64,000 nucleotides of DNA, taken from the IMG/VR virus record IMGVR_UViG_3300025584_000449, positions 96,001-160,000 of that record; one strand, written 5' to 3'. Under the pieces are notes generated by a model. It saw only the letters and a list, made by a program, of their open reading frames with translations. It had not been told where the DNA came from and searched no databases. This document shows positions 18,102 to 25,551 of the stretch, piece by piece. The DNA comes from a virus. Each line of letters begins with the position of its first letter. Position 1 is the stretch's first letter. The translations under genes were made by a program, and so were the position numbers.

Positions 18102-19739
18102 ATGGCGTACGTCAAACCAGGAGTTGAAATATCTCAAATTGAGACTTCTGTTACACCTGTTCTTACTGCTCCAGATTTAGAGACTTGTCTCTTAGGGGCT
18201 GCTTATTATTGGCAGGATCCAACGTTAGATAGTTCTGAATGGAGTGTTGAATATAGTGCTGGTGATGGTACTATGGAGATTCAATTATCAGGTTATAACT
18301 CAGATTATTACAATATCAGCGATAACGATGACGCATTAGTTATTGTTGATGCTTACGTAACATCTGGAGTTCATGCGGGGACTTTATACCACTTTGACCA
18401 AAGTAATGATTATGTAACAGTTTCTTTTGCTACTGACACTGTTACTATCACTTCTGGTCTAGCGCTGCCTTCTGAATTAACAGGTGATGCTACTGATTGG
18501 GTAATACCGTCAGCTAAAATTAAAGTTGGGTATAGATCTCAAAAAACTGATTTAACAAAAATTCAGAATGTCGAAAGAGTTTCAGACATTAGAACAAAGC
18601 TTGGGGAAATTGTTAGTTGGAACCCCTTAGCTTATGGAACATACTTAGCACAAATTAATGCTGGTACTTCTATCAATGCCTTTGCCGTCAGTGGATTTGC
18701 TAGTGACGACTATAGCGCAGGACTTGATGAATTAGAGCCGCATGAAATCTATGCTATTGCGATTATGGAAAGTGCAAATAATTTAGCAACTACATTAAAA
18801 ACTCATGTAGAGGCTCAGTCATTGGCTACAAACAAGCACGAACGTATAGGAATTGTTAACAAAGAAATTGGTAACTCTGACTATATGACAACTAGTGCTG
18901 AAAAAGCCACTATTGCTAATGAAATTAAAGCACAGAATTTCGCCATCGGTAGTAAGAGAATTTTCTCTGTACACCCTGATGTTGCATATGTTCTTGAAAC
19001 TAGACACATTTTAACTGTTGATCCTACTTGGATTGAGAATAGTTTTAGCGACTTTGTCAATCTTTCTTTTAGTACTTATGGAGCTAAAGCAAAATTAGCT
19101 ACTGATATGACTTTAACTGATGGTACAAAATACTGGACAGGAGATTATATTACTGCTGCTATGGTAACTACAATGTTACATAACGGTATTCACTCACTCT
19201 CCTGTTATGTTCCTGTACCTGGATATTACTATTGTGCTGTGGTTGCTGGGCAAGTTGCTGGACAAGCACCTTCTGCTCCGCTAACAAACGTGGCTAGTGC
19301 AGGTATCTCTAAAACTTATGGTTCTCAAGATTACTTCTCTGAAGCACATCTGAATACCATGGGTGAAGGTGGTACTTATATTATGACACAACCTACGCCG
19401 AACTCGGCTATAAGCTCCAGACACCAGATGTCAACAGACATTAGCAGTGTGGCCAAGAGGGAGCTAAGTGTTACAAAGGCATTAGACTTTGTATCTAAAT
19501 TCTTACGTGCTGGATTAAGATCTTATATTGGTAAATATGCAATTACCCCTAATTTCTTAAGAATGTTAACTACAATCTTAAATGGTCAGGGCAGATATTT
19601 AGTAAGAGAAGGTCATGTAAACGATTTTAAGGTTCTTAATGTATTACAAGATCCTATAGGTCCGGATTCAATTTTGGTCGAAATTGAAGTGCAGGTAAAA
19701 TATCCTGCCAATTACATTAAAATCCAGTTGTTATTCTAG
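18102..19739 (+). CDS. Tail sheath protein
   Basis: N-terminal MAYVKPGVEISQ; C-terminal RELSVTKALDFVSK...YIGK...IEVQVKYPANYIKIQL typical of contractile sheaths; followed by the tube gene. Confidence 0.9.
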   Translation: MAYVKPGVEISQIETSVTPVLTAPDLETCLLGAAYYWQDPTLDSSEWSVEYSAGDGTMEIQLSGYNSDYYNISDNDDALVIVDAYVTSGVHAGTLYHFDQSNDYVTVSFATDTVTITSGLALPSELTGDATDWVIPSAKIKVGYRSQKTDLTKIQNVERVSDIRTKLGEIVSWNPLAYGTYLAQINAGTSINAFAVSGFASDDYSAGLDELEPHEIYAIAIMESANNLATTLKTHVEAQSLATNKHERIGIVNKEIGNSDYMTTSAEKATIANEIKAQNFAIGSKRIFSVHPDVAYVLETRHILTVDPTWIENSFSDFVNLSFSTYGAKAKLATDMTLTDGTKYWTGDYITAAMVTTMLHNGIHSLSCYVPVPGYYYCAVVAGQVAGQAPSAPLTNVASAGISKTYGSQDYFSEAHLNTMGEGGTYIMTQPTPNSAISSRHQMSTDISSVAKRELSVTKALDFVSKFLRAGLRSYIGKYAITPNFLRMLTTILNGQGRYLVREGHVNDFKVLNVLQDPIGPDSILVEIEVQVKYPANYIKIQLLF

Positions 19740-19751
19740 GGAGGGTAATTT

Positions 19752-20360
19752 ATGTCAAGAACAAAAGCTGATTGGGATTTTAGCGTTGGACATGTACAAG
19801 ATATTGGTGCTATCGATAATTTTGTATCTTCTGAGTCTTGCGTTGTATTAGCTGGTCCTAGCGAGTTACCTGAAAATATTGAAAATTTAATCCCTATTGG
19901 ATTAGTGGAAAATGCTACAGTAACTCAGAATAAACAGCTACAGCAGTTATTTGAAATTGGATCTCGCGCACCATACTTTATTCCAGGGCGTACTTTCGTA
20001 CAAGCCGGGCTTACTAGAGTTCTATTTGATGGTAAGTCGTTATTAAGGGCTCTTTACGAGAATCTTGGTACTACAGAGTATGATGCAATTACAAATCCAG
20101 ATGATATGCCCGGTGCAGACTTTGATGCGTCTGACCCTGAATTAGGCGAAGAGTTCTTCATTAACCTAGCATCATCGTTCTTCAATAAGCCGTTAGGTTT
20201 AGGATTTGTTATACATGATAAAGAGAATGAATCATGGGGTGGTTTCTACTTGGAAGAGTGTTATATCCAAAATCACCAGTTTAGTGTTGCCGCGAACCAG
20301 ACTATTCTTTTAGAGAATGCTGGCTTACGTGCATCAAGAGTTGTACCTATTAAACTTTAG
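19752..20360 (+). CDS. Tail tube protein
   Basis: IGLVENATVTQNKQLQQLFEIGSRAPYFIPGRT motif; directly after the sheath. Confidence 0.8.
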   Translation: MSRTKADWDFSVGHVQDIGAIDNFVSSESCVVLAGPSELPENIENLIPIGLVENATVTQNKQLQQLFEIGSRAPYFIPGRTFVQAGLTRVLFDGKSLLRALYENLGTTEYDAITNPDDMPGADFDASDPELGEEFFINLASSFFNKPLGLGFVIHDKENESWGGFYLEECYIQNHQFSVAANQTILLENAGLRASRVVPIKL

Positions 20361-20385
20361 TAGTTAGAGATTTAAATTTTAGGCT

Positions 20386-20420
20386 AAAAAAAGAGAGGCA
20401 CAAATGTGTCTCTCTTTTTC
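20386..20420. terminator. Bidirectional rho-independent terminator
   Basis: A-run + GAGAGGCAC-AAAT-GTGTCTCTC + T-run between convergent operons. Confidence 0.85.
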
Positions 20421-20421
20421 T

Positions 20422-20681
20422 TTATTTAAAAGTGTCGTCTTTTCCCCACCTGTCTTTACGCAACAGTAAAGTTATTATTGCGTAATTAGCGAGGTCTGCT
20501 AATGAGTCGTCTATGCTTTCATCGCTTACTTCAGCTTCTTGATTATCCCACATTAGTTGTTTTAGTCTATTTATTTATCAGACATTCTAACAAAACAGCC
20601 CTTCTCTCCAAGTATCTCAATATTGGCTGAGCCGTAGTCGTGGTTTTTCTTCTTCGCTAAGCTGTATAGCTTTTTCTGCAT
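20422..20681 (-). pseudogene. Nucleotide modification-associated domain 1 (Nmad1/DUF1599)-like gene with a 1-nt frameshift
   Basis: Manual translation: MQKK..KKKNHDYGSANIEILGEKGCFVRMSDK then stop; the -1 frame continues INRLKQLMW...ESIDDSLADLANYAIITLLL; one A missing near 20573-20577. Confidence 0.65.
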
Positions 20682-20695
20682 ATCCTCAAAATGAC

Positions 20696-21199
20696 TTAGT
20701 GAATCCAACAGTCTCCGATCACAGGTTCTACTTCCATAGGCACTGACGGAGCATAATGATTAAACGCTTTTATCATTTCTAATGATAACATGCCCGCGAC
20801 TTCATCAACTTCATCCTTATGTACTTCTAATAAAATTTCGTCGTGAACTGCGTTGATTATCATAGCATCATATTTGTTATCTCTAATTGATTCACTCGTT
20901 TTCCATAAAGCTCGTTTAGTAACACTAGAACCAGTACCCTGGAATGGTAAGTTTTTAGCAATGTTCATAGCATGGCTATGATGTTTTGGATTATCAAAAT
21001 CCATTGAACTTAAATCTCTTCGTCTACCATCAAGCGGGCTAAATGCGTATCTTAAATCTTCTGCACTGTCGGTAAAATCTTTAATTAGTTTAGCGATTTT
21101 AGGGAAGGTTAAGAAGTAAGATCTTAATAAGCCAGATGCTTCAGGTATTGAAATTTTTAGAACAGCTGATAATCTCTTAGCACCCATTCCGTAAATAAC
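20696..21199 (-). CDS. polA: DNA polymerase family A, exon 2 (C-terminal polymerase)
   Basis: After splicing it reads VIYGMGAKRL...NLPFQGTGS...VHDEILLE (end of motif B, motif C). Confidence 0.9.
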   Translation of the reverse strand, partial: VIYGMGAKRLSAVLKISIPEASGLLRSYFLTFPKIAKLIKDFTDSAEDLRYAFSPLDGRRRDLSSMDFDNPKHHSHAMNIAKNLPFQGTGSSVTKRALWKTSESIRDNKYDAMIINAVHDEILLEVHKDEVDEVAGMLSLEMIKAFNHYAPSVPMEVEPVIGDCWIH

Positions 21200-21741
21200 C
21201 AGGAACCCTCTGGTTTACCAGAGGCCCGGACTATCCCTTTATGTAACGACCTGTTACTTGGTCTCGTGTGCAATGGTGTTTTTGATGACATTTCTTACAT
21301 AGAACTTCTAAATTTTCTATATTATTATTTTGTCGATTATGATCTTTATGATGAGTCAGGATATTTTTTTCTGACTCACATCGATTACAAGTTTTACCAT
21401 AATATTCAAAAGCCCGTAAACTAAAATTTCTTATTCCGTTTTTATACATGTGGTTATCTTTTCCTGATTGATTACCACCAGAACCACTATATGGTTTTTT
21501 AATTAAACCTTTTTTAATTCTCCACGCGTGAGAGTTAAATGCGTTTCTACATTTATCTGAACAGAATTTTTGTCTACGTTTTGGAAGTACATTGTCACAC
21601 TTTTTACATACTCGTCGTCTAGTCTCTACACTTTCCTGCTTCTTCAGGCTTAGCTCGGGATTGCCACCACCATTATGTGCTGAGGTTTCCCCGAATTTGG
21701 CGAGTTTGTTTTCGGCATTATTTATTTTATTCATTATTCAT
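21200..21741 (-). ncRNA. Group I self-splicing intron (542 nt) in polA
   Basis: 5' exon ends in U with P1 TTTCGGT / GCCGAAA; P AAATTCGGGGAA, Q AATCCCGAGC, R GTAGAGACTAG, S AAGGGATAGTCC; P9 hairpin CCTCTGG-TAAA-CCAGAGG; terminal G; splicing restores KAINFG-VIYGMG. Confidence 0.92.
21231..21734 (-). mobile_element. Intron-encoded HNH homing endonuclease
   Basis: Zinc finger CKKC..FCSDKC; HNH CNRC...HHKDHNRQNNNIENLEVLCKKCHQKHH; lies inside the group I intron. Confidence 0.85.
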
Positions 21742-22995
21742 ACCGAAATTGATGGCTTTAGCGGCATCACGCTCTTCTTTAGTAATACTATCATAGTTTC
21801 TATTGAACAGGATAGCGGCACAGTAGGCATGCAAATCTTTTCCAGTTCTCAAACATTCAATAAACTTATCTTCTTCACTCATATGAGCTAGTAGTCTAAG
21901 TTCCTGATTTGCGAAGTCCGCTGCGACTATTCTATAGTCTAGATCTTGTGCTGTAAAAGCAGCACGATATACAGCACCTGCTGGTATATTCTGCATATTA
22001 GGTTTGGTACTGGCATATCTACCAGAGTCTGTGTTACCTAATTGCCAGAAACTAGAATGAACTCTACCTGTTACAGAGTTTACATTATTATCTAGAAATT
22101 CCTGTCCGTATGTAGTAACTAATTTCTTTCGTTTTCTGTACTCTAGTAATAGTTTAATTACTGCATGATTTTGTTTTTCAAGTTCTTGTTTATTAGTAGA
22201 GGTTAATGTTACATTACATATCTTAGGCAATAATTCCAACATTTGTTTAGGAGAATCATAATTTACCGTAGGTGACCCAAAAAGATCTACTGAGCAGTGT
22301 GGAGCGAACGCTTCATCCAGCTCAACCTTTAAATCAATAGCGGCCTTTAATGCTATATCTTTTAAGGCAAGCCATCTTTTTCTATCTAAGTGTATACCAT
22401 TCAATTCTAACTCAGCCGTAGCCCGCACAGTAGAATTTTCTAAATGGGCTAGTTTACTCATATCTCTTTGTCTGATAAACTTGTCCAATTTAGTATGCAG
22501 CGGTAATAAGTATTTAACGTCATCACCAGCATACTTAATTTGTTCCTCTGAAAATTGATCACCAAACTTCATACCTACGAAGCTTTTCTGTAAATCCTTA
22601 GAGACAGTCTCTCCAAGATATTTATCTACTACTGCGTCAAAACTATGTTTTGGTATGTTTTTACCCTGTGTCAACAAGTAATCTGCTAATAATGTGTCTT
22701 TCATATTTAAAAGATCAATGTCAAAATTAGCCCTGGTCATAACATAGTCAAACTTAGAGTTGTGTGCTACTTTAGCAGTATCAGGCTTTGCTAGTAATTC
22801 TAGAACAGGAAATATACTAGTACCAAGTCTCGCAACATCTAGTACATACTGAGTATGCTCGGTGCCTATTTGTATTAGAAGTACTTCATTCGTATGAGGA
22901 TCTAGTCCATTAGTTTCTACATCATACCCGATTATACCTCTAGTTTTTATAAACCTCTCTACTATTGGCACATCTTCTGGTTTTGAAATAAACAT
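21742..22995 (-). CDS. polA: DNA polymerase family A, exon 1 (3'-5' exonuclease and N-terminal polymerase)
   Basis: Exo I DVETNG, Exo II AHNSKFD, Exo III YAGDD; motif A DFANQELRLLAH; motif B RDAAKAINFG; spliced product 585 aa by arithmetic. Confidence 0.92.
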
Positions 22996-23811
22996 TTAAT
23001 CTTCTTGCATATGTATTTGTAATTTAGTTTTGCGATGATTCATCTGCAACTTTTCAATTACTTGTTTTTTAATTTGTCTTATACGTTCTCTAGTTAATCC
23101 AAAATCATCACCGACTTCTTCTAATGTATAATTACGTATCTCTCCGATACCAAAGTACATTTTAATTATCTGCTGTTCACGTTCGGTAAAATCTTTTAAA
23201 ATATCTAGAATATCATCCGTTAAATATTCACGCTCAACATCTGTGCTAGGAGGGTCATCTGAGCTAGGAATTATTTCATGGATGTTTGTTCCTTCTTCTG
23301 TTTTCTTATCAATGTCTACATAGTGAAACAATAATGAATTTATATCATCGAAGATTTCATGTTGTTGTAGTTCATGATGTAGTTCATCAAAAGATGGGTC
23401 TCTGCCTAAAGTTTGTTCTAAACTACTTTTGATTTTATTTATCTTACCAACTAGGCCGATCTTGTTAGCCGGTAATCTAATAAGTCTTGCATTTTCATGA
23501 ATAGCATTAATAATAGATTGTCTAATCCACCACACCGCATAAGTAATAAACTTAAACGATTTAGATGTATCAAACCTATCTAACGCTTTCATAAGTCCTA
23601 AATTACCCTCACCAATTAAGTCTTCTAATTGAATACCTTGGCCTTGATACTGTTTAGCGACACTTACAACAAAACGCAAATTAGCAGTGATTAGTTTATT
23701 CTTTGCATGTTCGTTTCCAGCTTGTGCTTTTCTTGCAAGTTCTAATTCTTCTTCTTTAGTCAGAACTTTATTGTTTTTGATTTCGTTTAAATATTGCGTT
23801 AAGGCTGACAT
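22996..23811 (-). CDS. RNA polymerase sigma70-family factor (short RpoD/SigA-like)
   Basis: Region 1.2 YLNEI..LTKEEE; region 2 ANLRFVVSVAKQYQ..DLIGEGNLGLMKA..FKFITYAVWWIRQ; region 4 TLEEVG..FGLTRERIRQI. Confidence 0.92.
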   Translation of the reverse strand: MSALTQYLNEIKNNKVLTKEEELELARKAQAGNEHAKNKLITANLRFVVSVAKQYQGQGIQLEDLIGEGNLGLMKALDRFDTSKSFKFITYAVWWIRQSIINAIHENARLIRLPANKIGLVGKINKIKSSLEQTLGRDPSFDELHHELQQHEIFDDINSLLFHYVDIDKKTEEGTNIHEIIPSSDDPPSTDVEREYLTDDILDILKDFTEREQQIIKMYFGIGEIRNYTLEEVGDDFGLTRERIRQIKKQVIEKLQMNHRKTKLQIHMQED

Positions 23812-23835
23812 TAAGTTCTTTCTATTTTAATATAT

Positions 23836-23865
23836 AAAAAAGAGGAGCCATTTCTGACTCCTCTT
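23836..23865 (-). terminator. Rho-independent terminator after the holin-like gene
   Basis: Stem AAGAGGAG / CTCCTCTT with an adjacent A-run on + (U-run on -). Confidence 0.7.
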
Positions 23866-23888
23866 CATGGGCCTATAGGTTGTTTATT

Positions 23889-24164
23889 TTACTTTCTCTT
23901 CTTAGTAACTTCAGGCTTTCCGCCATTAGTAGCAGCTTTATGAGCACTATATAGCATAGTACCACCGCCACCTAGTAAGAACGCATCAGTAAGCAGCGCT
24001 TGCATTTGTACGCCTTGTTCTGATCCCCAGATACCGGCAACTAATGCGCCAAGTGCAAATGGGATTAAAGGCCACAATCTCTTAGGAACAGCGCTTTTTA
24101 CATAGTTAGTAACAATAGGAATACCAACCACGGCAATCGCATAAATTGAGTCAAAGTCTAACAT
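23889..24164 (-). CDS. Holin-like small membrane protein
   Basis: 91 aa, 2-3 hydrophobic segments, basic C-terminus (KKRK); has its own late-type promoter and terminator. Confidence 0.55.
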   Translation of the reverse strand: MLDFDSIYAIAVVGIPIVTNYVKSAVPKRLWPLIPFALGALVAGIWGSEQGVQMQALLTDAFLLGGGGTMLYSAHKAATNGGKPEVTKKRK

Positions 24165-24233
24165 AATTTGTTATTTTCCAATATGTTATAAGTTCGTTAC
24201 CTACAGGTAACGTAGGAAGTTATTTCCTTAATC

Positions 24234-24262
24234 AATATAGTATATTATACTTGATTAGTCAA
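24234..24262 (-). promoter_or_regulatory. Sigma70-like promoter (TTGACT-N17-TATATT)
   Basis: Minus strand TTGACT (24262-24257), 17 nt, TATATT (24239-24234), upstream of the holin-like gene. Confidence 0.7.
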
Positions 24263-24263
24263 G

Positions 24264-24860
24264 TTAAAAATTAAAAGAAAATACGGGTGGACTAGTGTCA
24301 AATCTATGCCAATTAAGGATATACTGAGATCCTATCACAGCCACAATTTTATTTCCTTGTTGGATGATATCATTATCTAGCTCAAACTGTAGCTGACAAC
24401 TTCCATCTTCCGCATCCTCTGGACCTAATGTATCTAACATTTTTTCCAAAGTATTCTTTTCAGATGTAGTAAAGGCAGCTATTGTTCTACCTTCTGATCT
24501 TAAATCGATCCAATGGGTTCGACTATAAACATGACAATATTCAAATAAGAGCCGCCTGAACTTTGGGTTGTCCACGGCACTTACAATACAATCATATCCG
24601 TATAAATCTCTTTCATCTGTAATTCTTTTTTCTAAAGCTTTAAACCCATATCTAGCATGTAATACTGCTGCTTTAGGGTCCATTATATCTTCGTCTTCAA
24701 AATTTTGATAAGAAATATTTTTTGCTTCTACGTGGTCATCGTCTGCTATAGTTATTTCTACGTTACTGTCAGGTAATTGTTCCCAACAAATTAAGTCGTA
24801 TAAATTAGCAGCAAGCCAACTTCCTATTCCACCAGCACCTACAATTAATATTTTTTTCAA
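24264..24860 (-). CDS. E1/ThiF-family ubiquitin-like activating enzyme
   Basis: GAGGIG nucleotide-binding loop, ADDDHVEAKNISYQ, K, SAVDN..FR, candidate catalytic Cys in DGSCQ; no CxxC zinc pairs; TTG start overlaps the JAB stop. Confidence 0.85.
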   Translation of the reverse strand: MKKILIVGAGGIGSWLAANLYDLICWEQLPDSNVEITIADDDHVEAKNISYQNFEDEDIMDPKAAVLHARYGFKALEKRITDERDLYGYDCIVSAVDNPKFRRLLFEYCHVYSRTHWIDLRSEGRTIAAFTTSEKNTLEKMLDTLGPEDAEDGSCQLQFELDNDIIQQGNKIVAVIGSQYILNWHRFDTSPPVFSFNF

Positions 24861-25312
24861 GTTACTAGTTCTCTTTCATCTATGTCATGACATATAGCTG
24901 GTACCCACATAAGATGTTCCCGATCACCATTATAATAGTAAACACCAAAGGTCTTATATTTAGGAGAATATATAATGTATATTCCCTTATAACCGGCCTC
25001 TCGAACGTCTGTTATTGAGGGATATGGTTTGTTATTAGGATGTGTATGGTACACCCCTATAAAATCATACTTAGCATCATCGTTATAATGAGTGGTCTCT
25101 TTTATAACATTTAACCATTCTTCTGGGTGAGGCTGGTAATCTTCTTTACCATTGAGTCCTGCTATTACATTGGTAAGTGGTATAAACTTTTCTATGTGCC
25201 ATTCGTTTTTGATTTTAGTGCCGATAAAAGCCCCGCACACCTCGTGCACGGGGCTTGAATCGCCATATATTTTTAACTCCTGAACTATCTCAGGAGTAAT
25301 GAAAACTTCCAT
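24857..25312 (-). CDS. JAB/MPN+ metalloprotease (deubiquitinase-like)
   Basis: Complete JAMM motif: E (EVCG), HxH (YHTHP), S-x2-D (PSITD). Confidence 0.88.
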   Translation of the reverse strand: MEVFITPEIVQELKIYGDSSPVHEVCGAFIGTKIKNEWHIEKFIPLTNVIAGLNGKEDYQPHPEEWLNVIKETTHYNDDAKYDFIGVYHTHPNNKPYPSITDVREAGYKGIYIIYSPKYKTFGVYYYNGDREHLMWVPAICHDIDERELVT

Positions 25313-25536
25313 TAGCCACCAATTAGTGTGTTAGCTAAAGTGATGTCTTCAGCATTTAAAAGATCTTCAATGCCCACAGTGTCAGGATTAACCTGACGGC
25401 CATCTACATAAGCCCACTTACTGTTGTTTGTGCATTGCTCTTGCAACTCTGCAAGGGCCTCTGCACCAGTGCCTTGAAACTCTGTGTGACCTTCAGCGGA
25501 TACGATCTTTAATGTGATTTCTTTTTCTTTTGCCAT
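25312..25536 (-). CDS. Ubiquitin-like beta-grasp protein (ThiS/MoaD/SAMP-like) ending in Gly-Gly
   Basis: 74 aa; strand-strand-helix-strand pattern, AYVDGRQV, C-terminus ITLANTLIGG-stop; stop overlaps the JAB start (TAATG). Confidence 0.8.
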   Translation of the reverse strand: MAKEKEITLKIVSAEGHTEFQGTGAEALAELQEQCTNNSKWAYVDGRQVNPDTVGIEDLLNAEDITLANTLIGG

Positions 25537-25551
25537 AGTTTTTCTCTTTAT

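Noticed and set aside
21200-21741. Intein or assembly break as the explanation for the split polA
   Set aside because: The insert contains stop codons in the polA frame and clear group I P/Q/R/S elements, P1, P9 and a terminal G.
24264-25536. Ordinary thiamine/molybdopterin biosynthesis (ThiS-ThiF) cassette
   Set aside because: No thiG, thiE, moaE or cysM-like partner in the window and the E1 lacks the zinc CxxC pairs. A sulfur-relay role is not fully excluded and is noted in the finding.
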